A stretch of DNA of 64,000 nucleotides from Bacilli bacterium (GCA_017410525.1 JAFQQQ010000003.1:46209-110208); one strand, 5' to 3'. Shown: positions 49,221 through 59,529, counted from the first letter of the stretch. Translations and numbers: made by a program. The notes: a model not told the origin generated them from the sequence alone.

Positions 49221-49949
49221 ATGAAAAAAGAAAAAATATTATTTATAGCTTTACCAGTTTTATGTGCAGTCGCTGCAATACTAGGATTTATATTTGTTGG
49301 AAAAGAATCTTCGAATAAAGATGCATTAAAATTCAAACAGGAATACGAAGAACTTAATGGGACAGTTGCTTTTGGTGATATAAAATATAATGATCTAGAT
49401 ATATCTGTAAATAATCCAATGAAATATTCTGATTATGATGAAATAATTGATGTTGTTAAGAATGAAAGCGGAATTATATATTTAGGTTTTCCAGGATGTC
49501 CTTGGTGCAGAAGTGCTCTTCCTATATTGCTAGATGTTGCTAAAGATAATGATATAACTACAATATATTATAAAAATATTAAAGATGACCGAGACTCTTA
49601 TGTTGTAGAAGATGGAAAATTAGTTTATCAATTAGATGATGAAGGTAATGAGAAAAAAGGTGCAGAAGGATATTTTAAGCTTATGGAAGCACTTGATAAA
49701 AATCTAACTGAATATGTGATTTCTTACGAAGGTAAAGAATATAAAACCGGGGAAAAAAGAATATATGCTCCAACTGTAGTATTTGTTAGAGATGGTAAAG
49801 TTTTAGGTCTACATATTTCAACAGTAGATTCACACAAGAGCGGTTTTGATAAAATGACCGAAGAACAAATAGATGAACTATATGGAATATATGAAGAATA
49901 TATATTAGAAATGAAAAATTCATCTTGTTCAAAAGATGATGCTTGCTAA
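49221..49949 (+). CDS. thioredoxin-fold CxxC protein with N-terminal membrane anchor (bacteriocin-transport-accessory/PedC-like)
   Basis: N-terminal hydrophobic segment. GFPGCPWCRS CxxC motif. Extended -10 TGTGTTATAAT upstream. Confidence 0.55.
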   Translation: MKKEKILFIALPVLCAVAAILGFIFVGKESSNKDALKFKQEYEELNGTVAFGDIKYNDLDISVNNPMKYSDYDEIIDVVKNESGIIYLGFPGCPWCRSALPILLDVAKDNDITTIYYKNIKDDRDSYVVEDGKLVYQLDDEGNEKKGAEGYFKLMEALDKNLTEYVISYEGKEYKTGEKRIYAPTVVFVRDGKVLGLHISTVDSHKSGFDKMTEEQIDELYGIYEEYILEMKNSSCSKDDAC

Positions 49950-50568
49950 TATGATTTATCAAATAGTATTAGATGAAATATTAAAACAAATAAATTTAAG
50001 TGGTAAAACACCTAAACTTTTATTACATGCTTGTTGTGCTCCTTGTAGCTCTTATGTATTAGAATATTTAAGTGAATTTTTTGAGATAACAATTTATTAT
50101 TATAATCCTAATATTCATCCCGAAAATGAATATATTAGAAGATTAAATGAATTAAGAAAATTTTTAACTGAGTTTAAATCTAAAAATAAAATTAATTTAG
50201 TAGAAGAAATTTATAATCCATTAGAATATTTTAACGAAGTAAAAGGATTAGAAAATCTAGGAGAAAAAAGCAAAAGATGTTATAAGTGCTATAAACTTAG
50301 AATGGAAAAAGCAGTTGAATATGCAAAAAATAATAATTTTGATTATTTTACAACCACTTTATCAATAAGTCCTTATAAAAAATCAGATTGGATAAATGAA
50401 ATTGGCGGTATGTTGGAAAATAAATATAACATTAAATATTTATATGCTGATTTTAAAAAGAAAAATGGGTATAAAAGATCTTTAGAATTATCTAAGGAAT
50501 ATGGATTATATAGACAGGATTATTGTGGATGTATTTATTCTAAACAAGAAAGAGAAATTATTGTTTAA
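49936..50568 (+). CDS. queH: epoxyqueuosine reductase QueH (DUF208)
   Basis: LLLHACCAPCSSY plus C-terminal Cys ligands (YCGCIYS). Confidence 0.8.
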   Translation: MMLANMIYQIVLDEILKQINLSGKTPKLLLHACCAPCSSYVLEYLSEFFEITIYYYNPNIHPENEYIRRLNELRKFLTEFKSKNKINLVEEIYNPLEYFNEVKGLENLGEKSKRCYKCYKLRMEKAVEYAKNNNFDYFTTTLSISPYKKSDWINEIGGMLENKYNIKYLYADFKKKNGYKRSLELSKEYGLYRQDYCGCIYSKQEREIIV

Positions 50569-50616
50569 TTTCTTTTTTTATTATACAAAATGTGTTATAA
50601 TTAAAAAGGTGATAGA

Positions 50617-51306
50617 ATGAACCAATTTGAAAGATTAGAATTACTTATAAAAGATAAAATTAATAATATTTATAATAAATCAGTTTTGGTAATTGGTTTA
50701 GGTGGTGTAGGCAGTTATGCTGTTGAGGCTTTAATAAGAAGTGGAATACAAGATATAACTATAGTAGACAACGATACAATATCTATAACAAACTTAAACA
50801 GGCAACTTATGACTTATCAAAATAATATAGGGGAGTTTAAAACAAATGAAATAGAAAAAAGAATATTATCTATAAATCCTAGCTGTAAAATAACAAAAAT
50901 AAATAAGTTTATTACTTTAGAAAATATAAATGAATTATTTAACAAAAATTATGATTATATAGTTGATGCCTGTGATACTATTACAGTTAAATTAGAATTA
51001 ATTAAAATATGCAAAACAAAAGAAATTAAACTAATATCTTGTATGGGTACAGGCAATAAAATGGATCCTAGCAGATTAAAAATATTAGATGTGAGAAAAA
51101 CGAGCTATGATCCAATAGCTAAAATCATTAGAAAAATGGTAAAAAATGAAAAAATTAAAGGTAAAGTAATGGTTGTTTGTAGTGATGAAGAAGGCTACAC
51201 TAAAGTAAACGGTATAATTCCTTCTAATTCATTTGTTCCTGCAACTGCAGGATTACTTTGTGCAAGTTTTATTATTAATGATATAGTAGGTGATAAATGT
51301 GTTTAA
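50617..51306 (+). CDS. tcdA: tRNA threonylcarbamoyladenosine dehydratase (ThiF/MoeB-family, TcdA-like)
   Basis: Rossmann motif VLVIGLGGVGSYAVEAL. 229 aa. Confidence 0.75.
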   Translation: MNQFERLELLIKDKINNIYNKSVLVIGLGGVGSYAVEALIRSGIQDITIVDNDTISITNLNRQLMTYQNNIGEFKTNEIEKRILSINPSCKITKINKFITLENINELFNKNYDYIVDACDTITVKLELIKICKTKEIKLISCMGTGNKMDPSRLKILDVRKTSYDPIAKIIRKMVKNEKIKGKVMVVCSDEEGYTKVNGIIPSNSFVPATAGLLCASFIINDIVGDKCV

Positions 51307-51835
51307 GTTTTTAGAAGAAATAATAAAAAAAATAGAAGGTAATGTATTAGTTTTATGTTTAGATGATAAATTACTTGATAAGTTTGAAAAAAATAATAAG
51401 GTTAATTTATATGCTATATATTCTAGTAAAAATAGTAGCGCTATTTTTTCAAAAAACAAGAAAAAACAGACAAATAAAGGAAAAACTATAAATATTAAAA
51501 AATTAAGAAAATATATAAATAAGAACTCAATAGATTACTTAATATGTAATATGGATGAAATAAAAGAATATTATAAATATATAATAAAAGATACTATTTA
51601 TTTAAACAAAGGCACAATTTACATTTATGCATCTAATGATATAGACAAAGATTTTATAATTAACAAATATAAAAGATATAACGTAAAAATAAAACATAAT
51701 GATTACAAAAATGGCTATATACTTACTATAGATAATAAAAACAGCAAAAATAATTACTTTAAAGATAAATTATATTTTGTAAAAGATACTTTTTATAATA
51801 TTGCTGAAGTTATAGGGAATATAATGGTTAGTTAG
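51290..51835 (+). CDS. hypothetical protein
   Basis: 181-aa K/N-rich ORF translationally coupled to tcdA. No family recognised. Confidence 0.4.
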   Translation: MINVFKFLEEIIKKIEGNVLVLCLDDKLLDKFEKNNKVNLYAIYSSKNSSAIFSKNKKKQTNKGKTINIKKLRKYINKNSIDYLICNMDEIKEYYKYIIKDTIYLNKGTIYIYASNDIDKDFIINKYKRYNVKIKHNDYKNGYILTIDNKNSKNNYFKDKLYFVKDTFYNIAEVIGNIMVS

Positions 51836-51842
51836 GTGAAAT

Positions 51843-52487
51843 ATGAATTTATTGGTAACTGATTTTGATGGTACTTTATTTGATGATAATTATGAAAACA
51901 ATATAAAATTTATAGAAGAGTTAAACAACACAGATTTAGTAATAGCTACAGGCAGAAATTATCCTAATTTAAAACAAGATTTAAAAATAAAATGTAATTA
52001 TTATATTTGTAATGATGGTGGTTATATATTAGATAAAGATTGTAATTTATTATATAGAAATTATATAAATAAAGAAACGGTGGCTACTATATATTCTAGA
52101 ATACTAAAATTAGGTTATGAAGATTATTTTATTGATAATATAAATGAGTTTAGTAAAGAAATAATTGATAATGCAAATAAAATATCTGTTAGAATTCAAA
52201 ATAACTACCATGATAAAGATACTGAGTATTTATTAGAAGGTTTAGATAATGTATATGCTTATGTAAGCTCAAATTGGATAAATATACTTAGTGTAGAGTC
52301 AAAAAAATCTAATGCAATAAATTATATAACTAATAAGAAAAATTACAATAACATATATATTGTAGGTAATGATATTAACGATTATGACATGTTAAAAATG
52401 TATAATGGATATCTTATAGGAAATAACAGCGATTTTAATACTATAAACAATTTTTTAGAATTAAAAAATATAATAAAAAATGATTAA
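51843..52487 (+). CDS. HAD-superfamily (Cof-like) hydrolase
   Basis: LLVTDFDGTLFDD motif I and GNDINDYDML motif IV. Confidence 0.7.
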   Translation: MNLLVTDFDGTLFDDNYENNIKFIEELNNTDLVIATGRNYPNLKQDLKIKCNYYICNDGGYILDKDCNLLYRNYINKETVATIYSRILKLGYEDYFIDNINEFSKEIIDNANKISVRIQNNYHDKDTEYLLEGLDNVYAYVSSNWINILSVESKKSNAINYITNKKNYNNIYIVGNDINDYDMLKMYNGYLIGNNSDFNTINNFLELKNIIKND

Positions 52488-52494
52488 TTATTAA

Positions 52495-53421
52495 TCATTT
52501 TTTTGTTTTTTGATATCCTTTTTCTTCAAAAGTTTTTTTATCTTCGTTCATCGTCAACTCATCCCTTAATTTTCTTAACTCTTCGCATTGTTTTGCTCTA
52601 GATATTGTTTTATTTTTATTTAATTGCTTGTTATTTTCAAAAACATTTACTTTTTCTTGTGTTTCTTTTTTTTCTTCAAATTCAAGAAAAATGTTAAGCA
52701 ATTTTTCTCTTTTTAGTTTTTCTAAACTTTTATTGTTTTCAACTATATATGAAGCCACTGTTGTTAATTGAAATAACGTTGTTAACATTATGGAATAATT
52801 AGAAATAGTAAATAAAGTAGGATTTATTGTAGATAGGAAACCAAGAGCTAAGGCAAAAAATAGCGGCCATTCTTTAATTTTTCCTACCGTTGTGCTAGTT
52901 ATATTTAAGTCTTTGTTTTTGACTTTATATAATATATTAACAATAGCGATTAATCCTTCTCCAAATAAAATTGAAATGTAAGCTGGATTCAAAAATAACA
53001 AATTAATTCCAATAACTCCAGCAAAGAATTTATCTGATGCTTGATCTAACAATTTCCCATATTCACTTGTACTACCGTGTTTTCTAGCACTTTTGCCATC
53101 AAAAAAGTCTGTAACAGCTCCCATACCGGCGATAATTCCTGTTCCTATAAATAAAGGTATAGAAACGGTAGAGATTGCTATAATAGATGTTATGAGAGTG
53201 ATAAGTGGTATAATAAGTCTGGCGAACGTCCACATATTTGCTCTTTGTTTTTTATTAGTGTCTTTTTTAAAAAACTCTTTAAACATTGTTTTTGTTCCTA
53301 ATTTAAATTCTTCCCAATATTTTTTTATTTCGTCTTTCATTTTATAATCACCATAATATCCTCGAAGAAATATTTTACCACTTTTTTGAAAAAAGTCAAC
53401 ATATTTAAAATTTAGAACCAT
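52495..53421 (-). CDS. CDP-alcohol phosphatidyltransferase with extended charged termini
   Basis: DFFDGKSARKHGSTSEYGKLLDQASDK matches the D(x)2DG(x)2AR...G(x)3D(x)3D signature. Flanked by a ~60-aa N-terminal and ~100-aa K/E-rich C-terminal extension. Confidence 0.7.
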   Translation of the reverse strand: MVLNFKYVDFFQKSGKIFLRGYYGDYKMKDEIKKYWEEFKLGTKTMFKEFFKKDTNKKQRANMWTFARLIIPLITLITSIIAISTVSIPLFIGTGIIAGMGAVTDFFDGKSARKHGSTSEYGKLLDQASDKFFAGVIGINLLFLNPAYISILFGEGLIAIVNILYKVKNKDLNITSTTVGKIKEWPLFFALALGFLSTINPTLFTISNYSIMLTTLFQLTTVASYIVENNKSLEKLKREKLLNIFLEFEEKKETQEKVNVFENNKQLNKNKTISRAKQCEELRKLRDELTMNEDKKTFEEKGYQKTKK

Positions 53422-53553
53422 ATAATATATTGTATTAGGAAACTAATACTGGGAAACAATAGTGTATGTAAATGTCTCATTTATTTATTGTTTCTCTTTT
53501 TTTATTCGACAAAAGTTATAACTAATTTATTATATAGTAATAGTGGTGGGAAT

Positions 53554-54486
53554 ATGAGAAAAAGATTTAAAAAGAAAAGAAAGTTTAAATATAAAGTCAT
53601 AGTATATTTATTCTGTGTAACACTTAGTATATATTTAACAACTTTTGTTTCTAATAAATTAAGGTTGGTTATATCTAATCAAATGATAATAGAAAACATA
53701 TTTAAAAACAATAATTATGTATATAAAGATAAATCAAACAATCATATAACAGTAAAGTTATATTCGCATATAAAAGAAAATTTTTTTAATTCACCAGTTA
53801 ATTTGCTTAAAAATGAATTAAAAATGAGTGAAAAAGAAGAAAAAATAGAGTTTATGTATGCGGAAACCTCAAACCCTACAATATATATTTATAATTCACA
53901 TCAAGGAGAAAAATATTCCATGGAGTATTTGGAAGATTATAATATTGTTCCAGATGTACTTATGGCTAGTTTAATGCTTAAAGATAAATTAGAAAGCAAT
54001 AACATAAGTAGTATAGTTGAAGAAAGTGACATTCTTAAATACATGAAAGATAATAATTTAGATTACTCCGGTAGTTACAAAGCAAGTAGAATATACTTAG
54101 AAAAAATATTAAACTCATATCCTAATATGGATTTATATATTGATTTACACAGAGATGCCGCTACTCATAAAGTTTCAACTACTATTATAAATGATAAACC
54201 TTGTGCGAAGATTTTATTTGTTATTGGTTTAGAAAATTCTAATTATAAAAAAAACTTAGAAAAAGTTACAAAATTAAATAATATAATACTTGAAAAATAT
54301 CCGTCTTTAACAAGAGGTATTATGAAAAAACAAGGTTATGGCGTCAATGGAATATATAATCAAGATTTAGATGAAAGAGTAATATTAATTGAAATAGGTG
54401 GACATGAAAACAATATAGAGGAAATAAATAATACGTTAGATTTAATTGCTGAAGTTATAGGAGAATATTTAAATGAAAAAAAATAA
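53554..54486 (+). CDS. spoIIP: stage II sporulation protein P
   Basis: TM anchor. IYIYNSHQGEKY block and ..DLHRDA.. typical of the SpoIIP amidase-like domain. ATG at 53554 after GGTGGG. Confidence 0.7.
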   Translation: MRKRFKKKRKFKYKVIVYLFCVTLSIYLTTFVSNKLRLVISNQMIIENIFKNNNYVYKDKSNNHITVKLYSHIKENFFNSPVNLLKNELKMSEKEEKIEFMYAETSNPTIYIYNSHQGEKYSMEYLEDYNIVPDVLMASLMLKDKLESNNISSIVEESDILKYMKDNNLDYSGSYKASRIYLEKILNSYPNMDLYIDLHRDAATHKVSTTIINDKPCAKILFVIGLENSNYKKNLEKVTKLNNIILEKYPSLTRGIMKKQGYGVNGIYNQDLDERVILIEIGGHENNIEEINNTLDLIAEVIGEYLNEKK

Positions 54487-54808
54487 GAAAAATAAAATAT
54501 ATAAGTTTATGTTTATGGTTTTATTCTTAAGCTTTTTAGTTGTTTATTGTGCTGAATTAACGGGATATTATGAGTATCAAAACCATAAACATGCAGTTTT
54601 AACCGAAGAACAAATAAAACAATTTGAAAAAGATGTAGCAAACGGTAAAGAAGTAGATATAAATGAATATTTAGTTAAAGATGAAAGGGTTTATAACAAT
54701 AATTTATCTAAAATATCAAGTAAACTGTCTAATGGAATAAGCAAAATCGTCCAAAAAGGTGTAGAAAGTACTTTTAAATTTCTTTCGAATCTTGTAGAAG
54801 GAGAATAA
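54473..54808 (+). CDS. small membrane-anchored protein (YqxA/DUF3679-like?)
   Basis: 111 aa. N-terminal TM helix. Lies downstream of spoIIP, as yqxA does in Bacillus. Confidence 0.35.
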   Translation: MKKNKKNKIYKFMFMVLFLSFLVVYCAELTGYYEYQNHKHAVLTEEQIKQFEKDVANGKEVDINEYLVKDERVYNNNLSKISSKLSNGISKIVQKGVESTFKFLSNLVEGE

Positions 54809-54835
54809 AAGTGTTATAATGAATATGGTGATGAA

Positions 54836-55222
54836 ATGAATATATTAAAGAAAGAAAATTGGTGGATTTGGTTACTTTTATTATTACTTTCAAGTGGTTC
54901 TAATACTGTCGTTTTAGCCGCTATATTAGATTCTTTTGATAAAAAAGCTTGGTATAGTAAGTGGTATTATTGGGTAATAGGTTTAGTGTTACTTATACCT
55001 TTCGCAGTTATGGTTTATGTATTTTATATAGAAATGACTTGTAAAGCAGCAGCTAAATTAGAAGTAAAAGGTAAAGAATATTATTTATCTCCGTATATAT
55101 GGATAATAATGATTATAATTCCATATATAGGGTGGTTTGCCTTTTTAGCTCTATATCTATATTTAAATATTGCTATACTAGTTAATTTAAAAAATGGTAA
55201 AGGTGAAAAGTATATAAAATAA
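54836..55222 (+). CDS. hypothetical membrane protein
   Basis: 128 aa. 3-4 TM helices. Extended -10 GTGTTATAAT upstream. Confidence 0.45.
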   Translation: MNILKKENWWIWLLLLLLSSGSNTVVLAAILDSFDKKAWYSKWYYWVIGLVLLIPFAVMVYVFYIEMTCKAAAKLEVKGKEYYLSPYIWIIMIIIPYIGWFAFLALYLYLNIAILVNLKNGKGEKYIK

Positions 55223-55247
55223 AACAACAGAATTTCTGTTGTTTTTT
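55223..55247. terminator. bidirectional intrinsic terminator
   Basis: AACAACAG-AATTT-CTGTTGTT hairpin followed by T-run, between convergent genes. Confidence 0.6.
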
Positions 55248-55797
55248 ACATAGTATTTAAACCTAATTTAAATACTTTTTGTTTTGTAGGTTCTCCTATA
55301 GAAAGAGAATATATTTTACTGCCGAGAATATGTTCTTGTAAAATAGAAACTTCATTTTCTTTACCGTTTTCTATTACAGGAACCATGATGTATTTTTTTT
55401 GAACTAAATCTGTAGAATCATCATTTTTTAATAATTTATATTCGGTTTTATATTTATAAGAATTTAAAATTAAATCTTTATCGGTATTTGCATTAAGTTG
55501 TCTTAATTGCATTGCCAAATCTGTTAATGATTTTTTTGAAGAATTTCTAATATATTTTGATAATATTAAATCAGCGGGTATATAAACAAGTAATTGGATA
55601 TTTAAAGATATAGACATTGCTTCAAATAATGCTTTTAACATTTTTTCTGGTGGTACCCAAAAAGAATTAATAATCATTATAAAAGTTGTCGCAACCCAAC
55701 CTCTAATTAAAATAGGTTTAACTGTTCTTTGCAGAGAAAAACCAGTTTTTGCTTCTCTTATTTTATCTATTAAATCATAATTAATCATCAATTTCAT
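55246..55797 (-). CDS. hypothetical protein
   Basis: 183-aa minus-strand ORF with one hydrophobic segment. No family recognised. Confidence 0.4.
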   Translation of the reverse strand: MKLMINYDLIDKIREAKTGFSLQRTVKPILIRGWVATTFIMIINSFWVPPEKMLKALFEAMSISLNIQLLVYIPADLILSKYIRNSSKKSLTDLAMQLRQLNANTDKDLILNSYKYKTEYKLLKNDDSTDLVQKKYIMVPVIENGKENEVSILQEHILGSKIYSLSIGEPTKQKVFKLGLNTM

Positions 55798-55913
55798 AGT
55801 AATTCTCCTTAATTAATAGTTATTTTAATTTATTTCTTATTTTTTGTCAACTTTCAAAAATATATAATATATTTTTTTTAATATTTGTGATAAAATGTAT
55901 ATAGGTGATTTTT

Positions 55914-56330
55914 ATGAAACAATTAACACGCAGTGAACTTAGAAAAAACATAATGACTATACTTTATCAAATAAATGTATATGAAGCAAACAAAATAGAA
56001 TATAATGTTGAAGATGTTATAAAAGAAGTAAATCCTATTGATAATGAATTTGTTAAAGATGTAGTATATGGTGTTATTACTAAGAAAGATGAATTAGATA
56101 ATTTAGCTAATACTTTTTTAAATAAATGGACAATAGATAGATTAGGTAATACTGATCAATCTATTGTTAGAATGGCAATTTATGAATTATTATATACAAA
56201 AACACCTGAAATAGTTGTTATAAACGAAGCAATAGAACTAGCTAAACTTTATAGTGACGATGATGTTAAAAATATGATAAATGGAGTTTTAGATAAAATA
56301 TATAAAAACAAGGTAGATAACCATGAATAA
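55914..56330 (+). CDS. nusB: transcription antitermination factor NusB
   Basis: MKQLTRSELRKNIMTILYQ and ..VRMAIYEL... ATG at 55914 after AGGTGA. Confidence 0.85.
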   Translation: MKQLTRSELRKNIMTILYQINVYEANKIEYNVEDVIKEVNPIDNEFVKDVVYGVITKKDELDNLANTFLNKWTIDRLGNTDQSIVRMAIYELLYTKTPEIVVINEAIELAKLYSDDDVKNMINGVLDKIYKNKVDNHE

Positions 56331-57591
56331 TAAATATTTAACAGTAAGTGCGATAAATAGATATTTAAAGGCTAAGTTTGACAGTGATGAAAACTTAAGA
56401 GTAGTATTTTTAAAAGGTGAAATATCTAACATTAAATACCACACAACAGGTCATATTTATTTTTCTATTAAAGATGAAGCTAGTAAGATAAACGCTATTA
56501 TGTTTTCTAGTAGTGCTAAAAAGTTATTGTTTAAACCTATAGATGGTTCTAAAGTATTAGTTACTGGTAGAATTAGTGTATATGAAGCAACTGGTGGATA
56601 TCAAATATATGTAGATGAAATGTTAGAAGATGGTGTAGGTAATTTATATATAGCTTTTGAAAAATTAAAACAAGATTTAAGTAAAGAAGGTTTATTTGAT
56701 CAAAAATACAAAAAACCAATACCAAAAATACCAAATAGAGTAGGTGTAGTTACTGCTTCTACAGGAGCTGCTATTAAAGATATATTATCTACTATTAAAA
56801 GAAGATATCCTATATGTGAAGTAATACTTTTTCCATCACTTGTACAAGGAGATAATGCTAAAGAAGATATTGTAAAAAATATTAAACTTGCTGAAAATTA
56901 TAACTTAGATGTTTTAATTGTAGGTAGAGGTGGAGGATCTATTGAAGATTTATGGCCTTTTAACGAAGAAATAGTTGCACGTGCTATATTTGACTGTTCT
57001 ATACCGGTTATAAGCGCTGTAGGGCATGAAATAGACTTTACAATAGCTGATTATGTTGCTGATATGCGTGCTCCTACACCCACAGGAGCTGCAGAAATGG
57101 CTGTACCTAATATAAGTGATTTAATTAATAATATAAATAATTTAAAGATTAGATTAAATGAAGGTATAAATAAAAAAATAAATTATCAAAAATTATATTT
57201 AGACTCAATTAAAAATTCATATGCAATTAAAAATCCTTTAATTATGTATGAAAACAAAAAACAAAAACTAGATATTTTAATTGATAATTTAAATAAAACT
57301 TTATTAAAAAAATATGACAATGCTAAACACAAGTTTGATTTATTAAAAAATAACTATATATTAAATAATCCTAATTTTCTTTATAAAGATAAACTGATTA
57401 AATTAGATAACTTAATAGAAAAATTAGAACTTATAAATCCATTAGGGGTTTTAAAAAGAGGTTATTCATTAACTTATATTGATAATAAAGTATTAAAAAA
57501 TATTAAAGATGTTAAGACTAATGATAATCTAGTTATTAAACTACACGATGGAGAAATAAATACAACTGTAATAGATATAAAGGAGAATTAA
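56323..57591 (+). CDS. xseA: exodeoxyribonuclease VII large subunit
   Basis: N-terminal OB fold. Catalytic core VITSPTGAA-like (VVTASTGAAIKD). 422 aa. Confidence 0.85.
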   Translation: MNNKYLTVSAINRYLKAKFDSDENLRVVFLKGEISNIKYHTTGHIYFSIKDEASKINAIMFSSSAKKLLFKPIDGSKVLVTGRISVYEATGGYQIYVDEMLEDGVGNLYIAFEKLKQDLSKEGLFDQKYKKPIPKIPNRVGVVTASTGAAIKDILSTIKRRYPICEVILFPSLVQGDNAKEDIVKNIKLAENYNLDVLIVGRGGGSIEDLWPFNEEIVARAIFDCSIPVISAVGHEIDFTIADYVADMRAPTPTGAAEMAVPNISDLINNINNLKIRLNEGINKKINYQKLYLDSIKNSYAIKNPLIMYENKKQKLDILIDNLNKTLLKKYDNAKHKFDLLKNNYILNNPNFLYKDKLIKLDNLIEKLELINPLGVLKRGYSLTYIDNKVLKNIKDVKTNDNLVIKLHDGEINTTVIDIKEN

Positions 57592-57592
57592 T

Positions 57593-57811
57593 ATGACAAA
57601 AGAAAAAACTTTTGAAGAAAAATTAAAAGAATTAGAAACTATAGTTAATGAATTAGAATCAGGAGAAATAGATTTAGATTCATCTATAGAAAAATATACG
57701 AGTGCTATGAAACTTGTTAAAGAATGTGATGAAAAATTAAAAAATGTTGAAGAACAAGTAAACAAAATTGTTACTGAAAATGGTTCTTTAGAAGAGTTTG
57801 AAGTAGAATAA
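57593..57811 (+). CDS. xseB: exodeoxyribonuclease VII small subunit
   Basis: 72 aa, FEEKLKELETIVNELESGEIDLDSSIEKY. Confidence 0.85.
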   Translation: MTKEKTFEEKLKELETIVNELESGEIDLDSSIEKYTSAMKLVKECDEKLKNVEEQVNKIVTENGSLEEFEVE

Positions 57812-57830
57812 TAATTATTAGGGTGGTTTT

Positions 57831-58451
57831 GTGACAAATAAAGAAATAGAAAAAATACTTAATTTTTTAGATAATGAAAAATTAGAAGAGCTTAAAAGAT
57901 ATTTATTAACTGAGAAAAAGAGAAATAATAATATTTTGAGACAAAAGGCATTTGAAAAATATTTAACTACTAATATTTTTGGACTTGATGGTTCAACTTT
58001 ACCTTCAATATATATTGGTAGTAAAGATAATGTTCAAATATTTACTAATTTTGCTAGTATATACATATTAAATAAAAATTTTTTAAATATGGAAACAAGT
58101 TATTTATCTTTTGAAAAAAATAAAGCAAGAAAAACTTCGCACAGATATAAATTAGTATCAAAAGAAGAAATAAATAAATATGTTAGCAAATTTGAAGAAA
58201 AATTAGGATTTAATGAATTTGATATATTGTCTATAGAAAGTTGGTCTGTATTAGCCAGCACTCGATATGATATAGAATATTATGATGAAATAAAACAAAA
58301 GAAAATAATAGAAATATTTAGAAAAGTTGAAATAGATACAGCTGATATTTTATTAGATAACCCTAAATATACTATTTATAATGATAAAATGCCTATTTTA
58401 AAAGCTGAAAGTGAAATTGGTAAAGCATATATAATAGGATGTAAAAAATAA
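57831..58451 (+). CDS. hypothetical protein
   Basis: 206 aa. GTG start after RBS GGTGG. No family recognised. Sits where ispA would be in canonical synteny. Confidence 0.45.
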   Translation: MTNKEIEKILNFLDNEKLEELKRYLLTEKKRNNNILRQKAFEKYLTTNIFGLDGSTLPSIYIGSKDNVQIFTNFASIYILNKNFLNMETSYLSFEKNKARKTSHRYKLVSKEEINKYVSKFEEKLGFNEFDILSIESWSVLASTRYDIEYYDEIKQKKIIEIFRKVEIDTADILLDNPKYTIYNDKMPILKAESEIGKAYIIGCKK

Positions 58452-58539
58452 TAAGAATACCTTTTGGTATTTTTTTCTTTATATAAAATATTTTTATTTT
58501 TTCATAATATAAATGGTAGTCTAAGAAGGAGTTGCTTTT

Positions 58540-59529
58540 ATGTTTTTTAAAAAATTTAAAAACTTAACTCTAGCTTTATTTCTAACTATATATATTATTC
58601 CACAAACCATATTAGCTTATTCAAAAGAGATTATCGCAAGTGGAGAAACTGTTGGTATTAAACTTGAAACAGATGGAATACTAATAGTAGGATCATATGA
58701 AATAAATGGCCATAATTCTTTAGTTGAAGCAGGTTTAAAAACTGGTGATATAATAAATCAAATAAATAACAATGAAGTCAATACTGTTGAAGAAATGGTC
58801 GATATAATAAGTAATTGTAATTGCGATAATTTAAAAATAGTATATGAAAGAGAAAATAAAACTAAAAAAACAACTCTAAATCTTTATGAAGATAAAGGTG
58901 TATTAAAAACAGGATTATATGTAAAAGATTCAGTGTCGGGTGTTGGAACTTTAACTTTTATAGATCCAAATACTAAATATTTCGGTGTATTAGGTCATGA
59001 GATTGCTGATACTACTACAGGAGAAATTATAGATATTGAAAATGGTACTATATTTGATTCCAAAATAACTGGAATAACAAGAAGTAGTGAAGGAAATCCT
59101 GGTGAGAAGAATGCTTTACTTTACAGTGACAAAGTAGAAGGTGAAGTATATGAAAATACTAATAAAGGTATATTTGGTAAATATACTAGCAATTTTGATA
59201 CATCTAAACTTTATAAAGTAGCTAGTATTGATGATATTAAGATGGGAGATGCCACAATCCTGACTGTATTAGATGGTGTAGACGTTGGAGAGTTTTCTAT
59301 TAAAATAACATCTATAAATAAAACTAAGGATAAGCTAAAAAATATTCAGTTTGAAATAACTGATAAGACATTACTTGATAAAACTAATGGTATAGTTCAA
59401 GGAATGAGTGGAAGCCCAATTATTCAAGGTGATTATATAATAGGTGCAGTAACACACGTCGTAGTAAACGATCCACATAAAGGTTATGGAATACTTATAG
59501 AAAATATGTTAGAAGAAGCGGAAAACTAG
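58540..59529 (+). CDS. spoIVB: SpoIVB-type S55 sporulation serine peptidase
   Basis: Signal peptide. PDZ-like segment. Catalytic blocks GTLTFIDPNTKYFGVLGHEI and GIVQGMSGSPII. Confidence 0.75.
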   Translation: MFFKKFKNLTLALFLTIYIIPQTILAYSKEIIASGETVGIKLETDGILIVGSYEINGHNSLVEAGLKTGDIINQINNNEVNTVEEMVDIISNCNCDNLKIVYERENKTKKTTLNLYEDKGVLKTGLYVKDSVSGVGTLTFIDPNTKYFGVLGHEIADTTTGEIIDIENGTIFDSKITGITRSSEGNPGEKNALLYSDKVEGEVYENTNKGIFGKYTSNFDTSKLYKVASIDDIKMGDATILTVLDGVDVGEFSIKITSINKTKDKLKNIQFEITDKTLLDKTNGIVQGMSGSPIIQGDYIIGAVTHVVVNDPHKGYGILIENMLEEAEN

